Below, piece by piece: positions 1-10,968 of a stretch of DNA of 64,000 bases. The notes below the pieces were generated by a model. The model had not been told where the DNA came from. It ran no database searches and was given only the letters and a program-made list of their open reading frames with translations. The stretch comes from Escherichia coli. GTDB taxonomy: Bacteria > Pseudomonadota > Gammaproteobacteria > Enterobacterales > Enterobacteriaceae. The first letter of the stretch is position 1, and each line of letters begins with the position of its first letter. A program made the translations under genes and the position numbers. The stretch is taken from NCBI RefSeq assembly GCF_030013595.1, contig NZ_CP122768.1; one strand, written 5' to 3'.

Positions 1-114
1 GTCAAACGGGCGATATTACGAACCTGCGCCCGGGCGAAATTATGGTGTCGGCATGAATATTGCGTGGCGATTTGAGTAATTACCTTGATGCCCGGTATTT
101 GCCGGGCATTTACT

Positions 115-780
115 TTAACGATTGTATTGCTGGTATAAAATAGCAATATTTTGTTGCATAATTTCAGCAAGACAATGTCTGCATCCCTCTTTGTCTTTTG
201 CTTTTAACGCGGCGAGTAATAGACGATAGTTTTCTATACGCTCCCGTAATTCCGCTGGATTAATCGCTTCATAGAGATAATGTAAACCAGGTCCCATCCT
301 GACCCACAGTTGCTCAATCATCTCACACAGGATGGGCATATTTGAACGATGATAAATTGCTAAGCGAAATAGCCTGTTCGCATTAATGATTTGTTCCATG
401 TCGCCCTTTTCTTGCGCCTGCTGTAATTTCTCGAGCAATTCCTCGAGTTCCGCCAGGTCTTGCGGGGTGAGGTTTTCAACAGCCAGAGTAACTGCCATTA
501 ATTCCAGCTCGTAGCGGATCCGATTGATTTCGTCTAATTGACGTTTCCCCACTTCCGGAACTGTAAATGCTTGCGCTGGTGCGACAGAAAGCGCATTCAC
601 CGAAACCAGACGTAATAATGCTTCACGCACAGGTGTAATACTCATACCTAATTGCTCCGCCAGATTTTTAGTAATCAGGCGTGCGCCAGGTTTTAGTGCG
701 CCAATACTAAGCTGATGTTTCAGGTCATTCTCAACCTGCAGAGTCAAACTGACATGTTTCATTATTTCCGTTCCAGGCAT
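115..780 (-). CDS. mcbR: GntR/FadR-family transcriptional regulator McbR (YncC)
   Basis: ORF 115..837 matches recalled E. coli McbR over its full length; start trimmed to MPGT...; HTH N-terminus plus FCD-like C-terminus. Confidence 0.85.
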   Translation of the reverse strand: MPGTEIMKHVSLTLQVENDLKHQLSIGALKPGARLITKNLAEQLGMSITPVREALLRLVSVNALSVAPAQAFTVPEVGKRQLDEINRIRYELELMAVTLAVENLTPQDLAELEELLEKLQQAQEKGDMEQIINANRLFRLAIYHRSNMPILCEMIEQLWVRMGPGLHYLYEAINPAELRERIENYRLLLAALKAKDKEGCRHCLAEIMQQNIAILYQQYNR

Positions 781-977
781 TTTAATTCCTTCGCGTGTTT
801 TCTGTCCAACCCTGCCTGCATGGCAGAAGGAGTTCACCTGGGGTATTAAAGTGAATAATCATAAACCACTCACCTTTGTTGTTATTAGCAGCAGAACAAT
901 GACGTGGTTAGTTAATTAAAGCTGAAAATAAGCTTTTTGCCTGGATTTTTATGGCGGCTTACGCCGCCGTCGTATCT

Positions 978-2015
978 TTAATCATCACCCGCCACGCGGA
1001 TCACCACTTTGCCGAAGTTTTTACCCTTCAGCAGGCCGATAAATGTCTGTGGCGCATTCTCTAAACCGTCAGTAATTTCTTCGCGGTAGTGGATTTTATC
1101 CTCTTTCACCCATTGCCCCATCTCCTTCTGAAACTCATGGATGCGGTGACCATAATCCTGAGCGATAATAAATCCTTGCAAGCGAATACGTTTTTTCAGC
1201 ACCGTAGCCATCAGCAGAGGTAAACGATCCGGACCGGGTGGTAGCTCTGTAGCGTTATAGCTGCTCACTAAGCCGCAGACGGGAATGCGCGCAGATGTAT
1301 TAAGTAAAGGTAGCACTGCATCAAATACCTTACCGCCCACGTTTTCATAATAGATATCAACGCCTTTTGGGCACGCTTTCGCCAGTTGTTCGGCAAAATC
1401 ATCCGCATGGTGATCAAGGCATACATCGAAGCCTAAAACCTCGGTAGCATGGCGGCATTTTTCCGCGCCACCGGCTATCCCCACCACCCTGCAACCTTTA
1501 AGTTTGCCGATTTGACCCACCGTCGCCCCCACTGGTCCTGTCGCCGCAGCTACCACCAGCGTTTCGCCCTCTTTGGGCTGACCGATATCCAGCAGCCCCA
1601 TATAAGGGGTAAAGCCTGGCATCCCCAGCACACCCAGCGACCACGATGGATTTTGCGGATGATCGCCAAGTTTCACCAAATCATCACCACTGGATATGTC
1701 ATAGTCCTGCCATCCACTGTAGCCCAGCACCCAGTCGCCAGGCTGGTAATCAGGATGATTCGACTCCACGACACGGCTCACCGTACCGCCGACCATCACG
1801 CCGCCAATATCAACCGGCGGTGAATAAGATGGCTCATCGCTCATACGTCCACGCATATACGGGTCCAGGGACAAATAAACTGTGCGCAGTAACACCTGTC
1901 CTTCACTCGGTGTGGCGACATCATCTTCTTCAAGACGAAAGTTCTCCGGAACCGGCGCGCCATGCGGACGCGAGGCCAGAACCCAACGTCGATTACGCTG
2001 CTTTTGTTGCCCCAT
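978..2015 (-). CDS. curA: NADPH-dependent curcumin reductase (medium-chain dehydrogenase/reductase)
   Basis: ORF 978..2108; matches recalled CurA/YncB starting MGQQKQRNRRW; Rossmann GxGxxG-like motif AAATGPVG. Confidence 0.85.
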   Translation of the reverse strand: MGQQKQRNRRWVLASRPHGAPVPENFRLEEDDVATPSEGQVLLRTVYLSLDPYMRGRMSDEPSYSPPVDIGGVMVGGTVSRVVESNHPDYQPGDWVLGYSGWQDYDISSGDDLVKLGDHPQNPSWSLGVLGMPGFTPYMGLLDIGQPKEGETLVVAAATGPVGATVGQIGKLKGCRVVGIAGGAEKCRHATEVLGFDVCLDHHADDFAEQLAKACPKGVDIYYENVGGKVFDAVLPLLNTSARIPVCGLVSSYNATELPPGPDRLPLLMATVLKKRIRLQGFIIAQDYGHRIHEFQKEMGQWVKEDKIHYREEITDGLENAPQTFIGLLKGKNFGKVVIRVAGDD

Positions 2016-2195
2016 AATGCTCTCCTGTGCTTTTGGCATGAATCCATCAATAGTAGCAGGCTCGCAGGAATGGTTTTGTTTGCAGCCGTCACATCCCCTC
2101 TGCAACACGCAATAATTTCATCGAGGAATCCGTTGCTTCGGGCTGTTTTCGATAGTATTGATAACGTCATCATCATTATTTAATCGAGGCCAAAC

Positions 2196-2711
2196 ATGTC
2201 CATCCGTTTTGCCCGCAAAGCCGACTGTGCTGCCATTGCGGAAATTTATAACCACGCCGTGTTGTATACGGCGGCTATCTGGAATGACCAAACGGTGGAT
2301 GCAGATAACCGCATTGCCTGGTTCGAAGCGCGGACTTTAGCTGGTTATCCGGTGCTGGTGAGTGAACAAGATGGCGTAGTGACGGGATATGCCTCGTTTG
2401 GCGACTGGCGTAGTTTCGATGGTTTTCGCCATACCGTGGAACATTCGGTTTATGTCCATCCCGATCATCAGGGCAAAGGTCTGGGGCGTAAATTGTTAAG
2501 CCGATTGATTGATGAAGCGCGGGATTGCGGGAAGCATGTCATGGTCGCCGGGATCGAATCGCAAAACCAGGCTTCGCTGCATCTCCACCAGTCGCTGGGA
2601 TTTGTCGTCACCGCGCAAATGCCGCAGGTAGGCACTAAATTTGGGCGCTGGCTGGATCTGACATTTATGCAGTTGCAACTCGACGAACGCAGTGAACCGG
2701 ACGCAATCTGA
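2196..2711 (+). CDS. mnaT: GNAT L-amino acid N-acyltransferase MnaT (YncA)
   Basis: 171 aa ORF, GNAT acetyl-CoA binding motif QGKGLGRKLL; conserved position next to curA. Confidence 0.85.
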   Translation: MSIRFARKADCAAIAEIYNHAVLYTAAIWNDQTVDADNRIAWFEARTLAGYPVLVSEQDGVVTGYASFGDWRSFDGFRHTVEHSVYVHPDHQGKGLGRKLLSRLIDEARDCGKHVMVAGIESQNQASLHLHQSLGFVVTAQMPQVGTKFGRWLDLTFMQLQLDERSEPDAI

Positions 2712-3160
2712 TGAATCAGTCGCTTACCCTTGCCTTTTTGATTGCCGCCGGGATTGGTCTGGTAGTCCAAAACACGCTGATGGTGCGCATCACTCAGATC
2801 TCCTCAACCATTCTCATCGCCATGTTGCTGAACTCTTTGGTAGGAATTGTGCTGTTCGTTTCTATTTTATGGTTTAAACAAGGCATGGCGGGGTTTGGCG
2901 AACTGGTGTCCAGCGTGCGCTGGTGGACACTTATACCTGGCTTGCTGGGATCGTTTTTTGTCTTCGCCAGTATCAGCGGATATCAGAATGTGGGAGCGGC
3001 GACAACTATTGCGGTACTGGTCGCCAGCCAGCTGATTGGCGGTCTGGTGCTGGATATCTTCCGCAGCCATGGCGTACCACTACGGGCGTTGATCGGCCCA
3101 ATTTGTGGCGCAATTTTACTTGTGGTTGGTGCCTGGCTGGTGGCCAGGCGCACATTTTAA
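2711..3160 (+). CDS. ydcZ: inner membrane protein YdcZ (DMT-like, multi-TM)
   Basis: 149 aa hydrophobic ORF, start overlaps mnaT stop (ATGA). Confidence 0.8.
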   Translation: MNQSLTLAFLIAAGIGLVVQNTLMVRITQISSTILIAMLLNSLVGIVLFVSILWFKQGMAGFGELVSSVRWWTLIPGLLGSFFVFASISGYQNVGAATTIAVLVASQLIGGLVLDIFRSHGVPLRALIGPICGAILLVVGAWLVARRTF

Positions 3161-3394
3161 TCAGAGGATGGTGCCACCTTTGGTTAACTGTTCGTGGCGC
3201 GCTTCCATATCTTCTTTATGCTTGCGACCGTGATGGGCGATCGCTGTGCGCAGACGCTGCTGCTGGGTGTAGCGATCTTCCCGACTTAACTCCGCGTCAT
3301 CGCTCAGGGCGATTAATAATTCGTTCATATGGGCAATGACGCTCTCTTCAATCGCGGCATCCACGCGCGCGATGACTTCATCCAGATGCGACAT
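3161..3394 (-). CDS. ydcY: small protein YdcY
   Basis: 77 aa ORF in conserved K-12 gene order. Confidence 0.7.
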   Translation of the reverse strand: MSHLDEVIARVDAAIEESVIAHMNELLIALSDDAELSREDRYTQQQRLRTAIAHHGRKHKEDMEARHEQLTKGGTIL

Positions 3395-3479
3395 ACTTTC
3401 TCCTTAGCCACTTGTGAAATTTATCGATTCATCCAAATGATATAAGTCTGCGTGGTGCCGTCAAGCCAGTGAGTAAGAT

Positions 3480-3653
3480 TTAAAACAGTGAAAACAACAG
3501 CGCCACCGGGAAACTCATCGGCCATGTTGCCCCCACCAGAAAGGCGCTTAAGAAACGGATGCGTTTCTTATCGTGAGAAAGAAACCAGGTGATAAGAAAT
3601 GCGATTGCTGCCATAACCGCATAAAAAACAAGCATGTGTTGATAGAGAGACAT
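3480..3653 (-). CDS. ortT: small membrane orphan toxin OrtT (YdcX)
   Basis: ORF 3480..3728; trimmed to MSLYQHMLVFYAV... (57 aa, two TM segments) as in recalled OrtT. Confidence 0.7.
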   Translation of the reverse strand: MSLYQHMLVFYAVMAAIAFLITWFLSHDKKRIRFLSAFLVGATWPMSFPVALLFSLF

Positions 3654-4343
3654 GTACGGGCGTCCAGCCAGATGAATAAAACGCGCGCAAATATGCGTCA
3701 TTTTTTGATGTGCATCAAGTTTTTTCACCAGTTTGAGAAAAAATCATCAACAGCAACTTGCCCTTATCCATCTTCAGAATAAGTATTATTGCGGATTTTC
3801 TTAACCCGTACTATACACATAGGGGCAATGATAAAAGGTGGCAAAAATGAATGTTTCCAGTAGAACCGTAGTACTGATAAATGTCTTTGCTGCTGTTGGT
3901 TTGTTTACTCTTATCTCTATGAGATTTGGCTGGTTTATTTGATGTAGTGATTTTGCACGCAGCACGTACTGTCAGAGAAATCAGTGCTCTGACAGTACGC
4001 AAGATCATCTCATACTCTCCAGGTTTACAACATTATCCTTAATATTTACTTCTTTTTCCTGACATCTACATTGAAATAAGTAGAAAACATCCCCCTCCTG
4101 TCGTCTATACAGACAGCTTACTGATTCAAAGGGAACCTTGTTTTCACATTTTTCTATCATCAATACTTTAGACGCGCGGGAGTCTATAAATGCTTTATAC
4201 TTTCAGGGAATAAAGTAAATATAAAAAGATGGCGTAAAGTATATGCATGGCAGGATGATTGCAACCTCCTTGATGACGCTGTCCCATTGAAATTGCAAAC
4301 CCCGCACTGGTTATCTTGCCCATTTATCATGCAGAACAGATAA

Positions 4344-5153
4344 TTATAGGTCTCTAAATATCTCAGAAAGATTGAATTTTTTATAGTCCATCTCTTGAAT
4401 ATTTCCATTTGATATCAATCGATTCATCTCTTCAACAAAATAATTTATATCATCACATTTGTTATTATCCGGAAGATCTGAGTAATTATAATTCCACCAC
4501 TTTATTCTCAACAATTCATCAATAACATTTGAATCAAATCTAAATCTGATTATTTTTGCTGGAACTCCTGCAACTATGGCATATGGGGGCACATCTTTGG
4601 TAACAACGGAATTGGCAGCAATAACAGCACCATCACCTATTGCGATGCCACCTTTCAGTACAACATCATTTCCTATCCAGACATCATTTCCTATAATCGG
4701 ATTTTCAGGTTTGGTAATGAATGGTTTCAATGTCCAGCTACGTTCAAACTCACTCTTAGCAAACTTATCAAATTCACCGTTATAAGTCATCATGTGAGTA
4801 GTAAAACGATTCAAAGGATGATTTCCACCCATTATTTTTACATTTGATGCAATACTACAAAATCGACCTATATGTATATTCCCTGTAAAATGACAGGTCG
4901 GGAATGAAAAAGCGCCGACACTGGAGAAATTTTTTACAGGCATTGTTGAATATTCTTCAGCAATAACATTATCTTCAATTGTTATCTTGTCACCTTTTGA
5001 GAAAAGAAATAAATTTCTTTCTTTATACGACTTCTTCCCCTTATGATTTAAAAAGATTTTATTATCCATACAAAACTCAAAGTGTTTTTTCGCCCACCTG
5101 AAGGTAAGGGTTTTATTTTTATCTTCCGTGAATTTATACAATTGAACTTTCAT
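4344..5153 (-). CDS. hexapeptide-repeat xenobiotic acetyltransferase, Vat/XAT-like (streptogramin A / chloramphenicol acetyltransferase family)
   Basis: 269 aa; C-terminal left-handed beta-helix repeats IGNDVWIGNDVVLKGGIAIGDGAVIAANSVVTKDVPPYAIVAGVPAKIIRFRF followed by LLRIKWWNYN, closely resembling the Vat family signature; very AT-rich codon usage unlike flanking core genes. Confidence 0.7.
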   Translation of the reverse strand: MKVQLYKFTEDKNKTLTFRWAKKHFEFCMDNKIFLNHKGKKSYKERNLFLFSKGDKITIEDNVIAEEYSTMPVKNFSSVGAFSFPTCHFTGNIHIGRFCSIASNVKIMGGNHPLNRFTTHMMTYNGEFDKFAKSEFERSWTLKPFITKPENPIIGNDVWIGNDVVLKGGIAIGDGAVIAANSVVTKDVPPYAIVAGVPAKIIRFRFDSNVIDELLRIKWWNYNYSDLPDNNKCDDINYFVEEMNRLISNGNIQEMDYKKFNLSEIFRDL

Positions 5154-5375
5154 TGTTAATACTTCTACTTATAAATTATTAGGTTAATAACGATACTCTA
5201 AAGCCTTATGCGAATCAACTATGACAGGATGAAAAATCACCAACATACATTTAGATCATAATAACTGCCTAATTTTTCCGCTAGTTATTAATGTAATCAT
5301 TCTGATACTTAATCACCATTACACTCAGAACCTAAAACGATAGTGGCCGCCCTATAACAGCCACTAACATTTAAC

Positions 5376-6800
5376 TTAATGTTTAACCATGACGTGGCGG
5401 ACGACGGTGTAATCCTCCAGCCCATAAAGTGACATATCCTTGCCGTAACCAGAAAGTTTCTGCCCACCGTGCGGCATTTCACTTACCAGCATGAAATGGG
5501 TATTGACCCAGGTACAACCATATTGTAGCCGTGCGCTGACGCGATGCGCCCTGCCCACATCTTTCGTCCATACCGAAGATGCAAGTCCGTACTGGCTGTC
5601 ATTCGCCCAGTTCACCATCTGTTCTTCGTTGTCGAAGAGCGTAACACTCACTACTGGACCAAATACCTCTTTTTGCACGATGGCATCATCCTGTAATGCG
5701 CCAGCCAGCAGCGTCGGCGCATAGTAATAGCCATTACCCTTGCGCTTTTCACCGCCAGTGATCACTTTGATGTGCCCTGTCGCTTTCGCCTCTTCTACCG
5801 CCTTGCTGACGCGTTCGAGATGCGCCAGCGAACTTAAAGGTCCAAGCTCCGTAGAGTCGTCATCCGGCGCACCCGATTTTAACGTTGCCACTGCAGCACC
5901 AAGTTTTTCCACCAGCGTATCGTAAATGCCTTTTTGCGCATAGATCCGACAAGCCGCTGTACAATCCTGTCCGGCATTGTAATAGCCAAAAGTACGTACA
6001 CCTTCGACCACCGCTTCAATATCCGCATCATCAAAAACTATCACTGGCGCTTTGCCACCAAGTTCCATATGAGTACGCTTTATGGACGGCGCGGTATGGC
6101 TGATGATGTGTTCCCCAGTGGCGATAGAGCCCGTCAGCGACACCATCCGCACTTTGGGATGACCGGTCAGCGGATCGCCCACCGTTTTGCCTCTGCCAAA
6201 CAGTACATTAATCACGCCAGCCGGGAAGATATCTTTCGCCAGCTCTGCCAACTTCAACGCTGTCAGCGGGGTAATTTCTGATGGTTTAAGCACTACGCAG
6301 TTCCCTGCCGCCAGCGCCGGAGCCAGTTTCCACGCAGCCATCATCAGCGGATAATTCCACGGTGCGATAGAAGCCACGACCCCCAACGGATCGCGACGGA
6401 TCATCGAAGTATGACCTTCAAGATATTCACCTGCCGCCAGACCATTCAGGCAGCGAGCTGCTCCGGCGAAAAAGCGAAAGACATCGACAATCGCCGGGAT
6501 TTCATCATTGAACGCACTATGCAGCGGTTTGCCACAGTTACGGGACTCCAGTTCGGCTAAAACCTGACCATTTTCTTCGATAACATCAGCCAGTTTCAGC
6601 AGGCATTCCGCACGCGCTTTCGGCGTGGTTTGCCCCCATTCGGCAAATGCTGCATCTGCCGCGCGAACAGCAGCATCCACCTGTTCTGCGGATGCCTCGG
6701 CAATCTCTAGTAAAACGTCCCCCGTTGCCGGATTATAGACAGGCTGTTTTTCCCCTTCGCCGCTAACCAGTTCTCCGTTAATCAGTAACTTATGTTGCAT
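5376..6800 (-). CDS. patD: gamma-aminobutyraldehyde dehydrogenase PatD (YdcW)
   Basis: 474 aa aldehyde dehydrogenase; N-terminus [27 protein letters not shown] matches recalled PatD. Confidence 0.9.
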   Translation of the reverse strand: MQHKLLINGELVSGEGEKQPVYNPATGDVLLEIAEASAEQVDAAVRAADAAFAEWGQTTPKARAECLLKLADVIEENGQVLAELESRNCGKPLHSAFNDEIPAIVDVFRFFAGAARCLNGLAAGEYLEGHTSMIRRDPLGVVASIAPWNYPLMMAAWKLAPALAAGNCVVLKPSEITPLTALKLAELAKDIFPAGVINVLFGRGKTVGDPLTGHPKVRMVSLTGSIATGEHIISHTAPSIKRTHMELGGKAPVIVFDDADIEAVVEGVRTFGYYNAGQDCTAACRIYAQKGIYDTLVEKLGAAVATLKSGAPDDDSTELGPLSSLAHLERVSKAVEEAKATGHIKVITGGEKRKGNGYYYAPTLLAGALQDDAIVQKEVFGPVVSVTLFDNEEQMVNWANDSQYGLASSVWTKDVGRAHRVSARLQYGCTWVNTHFMLVSEMPHGGQKLSGYGKDMSLYGLEDYTVVRHVMVKH

Positions 6801-6821
6801 AGCATATTCCTGTATCAGTGG

Positions 6822-7616
6822 TTATTGACCATTGTCGCCTTCGCGGGTTAGCCACCAGGCCCCCAGGATCGGCAAGGTTGTTACCAACATAACCAGCAGT
6901 GCCACCACGTTAGTTACCGGTACATCACGCGGTCGCCCAAGCTGATTGAGCAACCACAACGGTAACGTTCGTTCATGACCTGCCGTAAAGGTCGTCACGA
7001 TGATTTCATCGAACGACAAGGCAAACGCCAGCATTCCTCCTGCCAGTAACGCCGAACTGAGATTCGGCAACACTACGTAGCGGAAGGTTTGCCAGCCATT
7101 GGCCCCAAGATCCATTGACGCCTCAACCAGACTCCACGAGGTGCGGCGAAAACGGGCGATGACATTGTTAAACACCACAACTACACAAAAAGTCGCATGA
7201 CCGACCACGATGGTGAAAAATCCCGGCTCCAGATTGATGGTTTTAAAGGCGGTTAACAACGCCAGACCAGTGACAATGCCCGGCAGCGCAATGGGCAGCA
7301 GCAGTAACAGCGAAATGGCGTTTTTGCCGAAAAAGTCTCGTCGCCACAGCGCGGCAGCGGCCAGCGTCCCTAACACCAGCGCCATTAATGTCGCCAGCGC
7401 CGCCACTTTAAGTGACAGTGTCACGGCATCAAGAATATCACTACGCTGTGCTGCCACGCTAAACCAGCGCAGCGTCAGGCCCTGCGGTGGAAAACTAAAC
7501 GCCGCACCTTCAGTGTTGAACGCATAGGCGGCGATTATCAGGATGGGAAAATGTAGGAAAACAACGCCGCCCCAGGCCGCCAGTTTGAGGAAAAACGGTG
7601 CGCGTTCAGAGTGCAT
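6822..7616 (-). CDS. ydcV: ABC transporter permease YdcV
   Basis: 264 aa multi-TM permease, conserved operon order ydcSTUV. Confidence 0.85.
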   Translation of the reverse strand: MHSERAPFFLKLAAWGGVVFLHFPILIIAAYAFNTEGAAFSFPPQGLTLRWFSVAAQRSDILDAVTLSLKVAALATLMALVLGTLAAAALWRRDFFGKNAISLLLLLPIALPGIVTGLALLTAFKTINLEPGFFTIVVGHATFCVVVVFNNVIARFRRTSWSLVEASMDLGANGWQTFRYVVLPNLSSALLAGGMLAFALSFDEIIVTTFTAGHERTLPLWLLNQLGRPRDVPVTNVVALLVMLVTTLPILGAWWLTREGDNGQ

Positions 7617-8547
7617 CGAACGCTCCCAGACGTTTCACGAACGCCAGGTACAGTGCGATAAGAACAATCGGCACCAGGGTGAATGCCGCCGCCATCGGCA
7701 TATTGCCAATCGCCCCCTGCTGGGAATAAACCATATTGCCGATAAAATATCCTGGCGGGCCAACCAGCTGCGGGACGATAAAATCGCCCAGTGTGAGTGA
7801 GAAGGTAAAGATAGAGCCAGCGGCAATACCAGGGATCGCCAGCGGCAGCACCACATAGCGAAAGGTTTGTCGTGGACGTGCGCCGAGATCAGCTGACGCC
7901 TGCAACAATGACGGCGGCAAACGCTCAAGCGCCGCCTGCACGGGCAGGATCATGAACGGCAGCCAGATATAGAGAAACACCAGAAAGCGCCCCAGCCCGG
8001 AAGTTGACAGCGTATTGCCGCCCACCGCAGGTAATGTAAGGAACGCAGTCAGCAGTGGTTCCAGCCCAAGATGTTGTAAAAACCACTGAGCCACGCCATC
8101 TTTTGCCAGCAATAACGTCCAGGCATAGGCTTTAACAATGTAGCTCGCCCACATCGGCAACATTACCGCAATATAAAAAAACGCTTTCATTTTCCCGCTG
8201 GTATAGCGCGCCATATACCACGCCATTGGAAAAGCCAGAATGGCGCTGGCGATAGTGACTGCCACAGCCATAGTCAGCGTGCGGAGAATGATGTCGTAAT
8301 TCGCCGGATTAAACAGCGCACGGATATTCGCCAGCGTCAGTTCCGGCGTTACCGACATGGTGAAATCGTCAAAGGTATAAAATCCCTGCCATAACAGTGT
8401 CAGCAGCGAGCCGAAATAGACAATGCCAAACCACATTAGCGGGCCAAGCAGCAGTAAAAACAGCCCCAGCCCCGGATTACGCCAGAAGAAACCGGACACC
8501 TTACCCAGACCTGGACGTGAAGGTGATTGCAATACATTCATCGCCAT
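7606..8547 (-). CDS. ydcU: ABC transporter permease YdcU
   Basis: 313 aa multi-TM permease, overlaps ydcV start. Confidence 0.85.
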   Translation of the reverse strand: MAMNVLQSPSRPGLGKVSGFFWRNPGLGLFLLLLGPLMWFGIVYFGSLLTLLWQGFYTFDDFTMSVTPELTLANIRALFNPANYDIILRTLTMAVAVTIASAILAFPMAWYMARYTSGKMKAFFYIAVMLPMWASYIVKAYAWTLLLAKDGVAQWFLQHLGLEPLLTAFLTLPAVGGNTLSTSGLGRFLVFLYIWLPFMILPVQAALERLPPSLLQASADLGARPRQTFRYVVLPLAIPGIAAGSIFTFSLTLGDFIVPQLVGPPGYFIGNMVYSQQGAIGNMPMAAAFTLVPIVLIALYLAFVKRLGAFDAL

Positions 8548-9561
8548 TCACCTCTCCTCAACCAGCGGCACCATCACATCACGCGACCAGGAAACCATCA
8601 CCTGTTGTCCGGGCGTGAGCGTGGCAGGCAGTTCTTCGCCTGTCATATTGGCCTGACTCACAAGCAGTTTTTCACCGCCGTTCAATTTCAGTTCAAAACG
8701 TGTTGCCGCGCCCTGATATTGCACCGCCTGGATCGTGCCATTGGCCTGCAGTTCACCAGGGGTGTTGAGGCGGATATGTTCCGGTCGCAGGGCGAAGCTT
8801 CCCGTCATGCCACAAAGTTTCTCTGCCATCAGTCCATCAAAAACATTCGATGTACCAACGAACCCGGCAACAAACGGCGTGCGCGGGCGCATATAGAGAT
8901 CGCGCGGGGAATCGACCTGCTCAATGCGTCCATTATTGAAAACCGCAACACGATCAGACATCGATAACGCTTCGCCCTGATCGTGGGTAACGAAGATAAA
9001 AGTGATACCGAGAGACTGTTGCAGCTTTTTTAGTTCCAGTTGCATCTGCTCACGCAATTTGAGATCCAGTGCGCCGAGCGGTTCATCCAACAGCAATACG
9101 CGCGGTTCATTCACCAGTGCTCTGGCGATGGCGACTCGCTGGCGCTGACCACCAGAAAGTTGTGACGGTTTGCGTTGCTGAACAAAACCCAGCGCCACTT
9201 TCTCCAGCGCCTCTTGCGCCATCGCATGCCGCTGTTTTTTATTCACGCCTTTGACCATCAGACCATAGGCGACGTTGTCAAGAATCGACATATGCGGAAA
9301 TAGTGCGTAGTCCTGGAAGACAGTATTCACGTCCCGCTCCCACGGTGGCAGATTGCTGGCGGGTTTACCAAAGATAGAGATAGCCCCGCCGGAAAGCTGT
9401 TCGAAGCCAGCAATCAGGCGCAGGCAGGTGGTTTTGCCGGAGCCGGACGGCCCCAGCATAGAGAAGAACTCACCATCTTTTATCGCAATACTGACGCCAT
9501 CTACTGCGCGAACGTCACCGTACAACCGCGAGACGTTGTCAAACTCCACTGCGTACGTCAT
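8548..9561 (-). CDS. ydcT: ABC transporter ATP-binding protein YdcT
   Basis: Walker A GPSGSGKTT, ABC signature LSGGQRQR, Walker B LLLDEP. Confidence 0.9.
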   Translation of the reverse strand: MTYAVEFDNVSRLYGDVRAVDGVSIAIKDGEFFSMLGPSGSGKTTCLRLIAGFEQLSGGAISIFGKPASNLPPWERDVNTVFQDYALFPHMSILDNVAYGLMVKGVNKKQRHAMAQEALEKVALGFVQQRKPSQLSGGQRQRVAIARALVNEPRVLLLDEPLGALDLKLREQMQLELKKLQQSLGITFIFVTHDQGEALSMSDRVAVFNNGRIEQVDSPRDLYMRPRTPFVAGFVGTSNVFDGLMAEKLCGMTGSFALRPEHIRLNTPGELQANGTIQAVQYQGAATRFELKLNGGEKLLVSQANMTGEELPATLTPGQQVMVSWSRDVMVPLVEER

Positions 9562-9578
9562 AAAACACCCCAGCGAAG

Positions 9579-10724
9579 TTAGCGACCGCCCATAATGGCA
9601 ATGTAATCCTGCGTCCAGCGACTGTAGGGAACAAACTTGCCCCCTTCTGCTATAGGCGTTTTCCAGAAGGCGATTTTATCGAAATAGTTAAAACCGTTGG
9701 TTTCACAACCTTTTTCGCCTAATAACGGACTGGCTTTACACCCTTCCGGCACTACCGGTAACGAGCCAAACCAGGCCGCCACATCGCCCTGCACTTTTGG
9801 CGTTAATGACCAGTTCATCCATTTGTAGGCGCAAACCGGATGTTTCGCTTCACTATGTAGCATGGTGGTGTCAGCCCAACCGGTAACGCCCTCTTTCGGG
9901 AATACGGTCGCGACAGGCTGGCCTTCGGCTTTCAGGGCGTTGGCCTGATAGGGCCATGCACTGGAAGCAACCACACCCTCGTTTTTGAAATCGCTCATTT
10001 GCACGGTAGTGTCATGCCAGTAGCGATGGATCAAACTATGTTGATCGCGCAGCACTTTCAGCACCGCCTGGTACTGTTCTTCGGTGAGTTGATACGGATC
10101 GCTGATGCCCAACTGCGGCTGAGTGGCTTTAACGAACAACGCAGCGTCCGCAATGTAGATAGGGCCATCATAAGCCTGGACGCGGCCTTTATTGCTCTTG
10201 CCGTCCGGCAGATTCTGCTCAACAAAAACCACTTGCCAGCTATCCGGCGGCGTCGGGAAGGTTTTAGTGTTGTACATCAGCAGGTTCGGCCCCCATTGGT
10301 AAGGTGTGCCGTAAACTTTGCCGCCAACGTTAAACCAGTCGCCTTTAACCACGCGCGGATCGAGCGCTTTCCAGTTGGGAATCAAGGCAGTATTAATCGG
10401 CTGCACGCGTTTGCCCATAATCAAACGCAGCGAGGCATCGCCAGATGCCGTAACCAGATCGTAACCCCCTTTGGTCATCAGACTGACCATTTCATCGGAA
10501 GTCGCGGCGGTTTTCACATTCACCGCGCAGCCTGTCTCTTTTTCGAATTGCGTTACCCAGTCGTATTGTTTATCAGTTTGTCCGCGTTCGATGTATCCCG
10601 GCCAGGCGATAATATCCAGTCGCCCTTCCGGTTTATCTAAATTGGTAGGCGGTTCGGCGGCGTGAGCGGTCATTATTGTCATGGTGAGCGCACACAGGCT
10701 GCTGCGGGCAAATGTCTTGCTCAT
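9579..10724 (-). CDS. ydcS: periplasmic substrate-binding protein YdcS (polyamine-type SBP)
   Basis: 381 aa with N-terminal signal peptide; operon position. Confidence 0.85.
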   Translation of the reverse strand: MSKTFARSSLCALTMTIMTAHAAEPPTNLDKPEGRLDIIAWPGYIERGQTDKQYDWVTQFEKETGCAVNVKTAATSDEMVSLMTKGGYDLVTASGDASLRLIMGKRVQPINTALIPNWKALDPRVVKGDWFNVGGKVYGTPYQWGPNLLMYNTKTFPTPPDSWQVVFVEQNLPDGKSNKGRVQAYDGPIYIADAALFVKATQPQLGISDPYQLTEEQYQAVLKVLRDQHSLIHRYWHDTTVQMSDFKNEGVVASSAWPYQANALKAEGQPVATVFPKEGVTGWADTTMLHSEAKHPVCAYKWMNWSLTPKVQGDVAAWFGSLPVVPEGCKASPLLGEKGCETNGFNYFDKIAFWKTPIAEGGKFVPYSRWTQDYIAIMGGR

Positions 10725-10968
10725 AAGGTCTTACTCCTGTCGTAATTAATTGTTCAGCCGCCGTGCCGTAAAAATATCTCCTTGTTTAACCATAGACGGC
10801 GGCTTGCAGGCACACCTTCGCCCCTGAGAAAATTTAATCAGGTTGTGAGCTACCGTGCATTATGCCGTCTGTAAGGTTATCTTCTGGAGTATAGACAAGG
10901 AGTTAGGAAATATGACTGCTATTCGAAATTCATATTACTTAACCTGAGAGGAATTAAATTAAACGCTA

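Noticed and set aside
1449-2183. Several plus-strand ORFs (124, 123, 77, 73 aa) overlapping curA
   Set aside because: Antisense to a well-supported conserved gene; low-complexity His/Arg/Pro-rich translations typical of GC-rich antisense frames.
3811-4008. 65-aa minus-strand ORF in the islet
   Set aside because: No RBS; it overlaps the long palindrome at 3964..3999 and is more likely non-coding.
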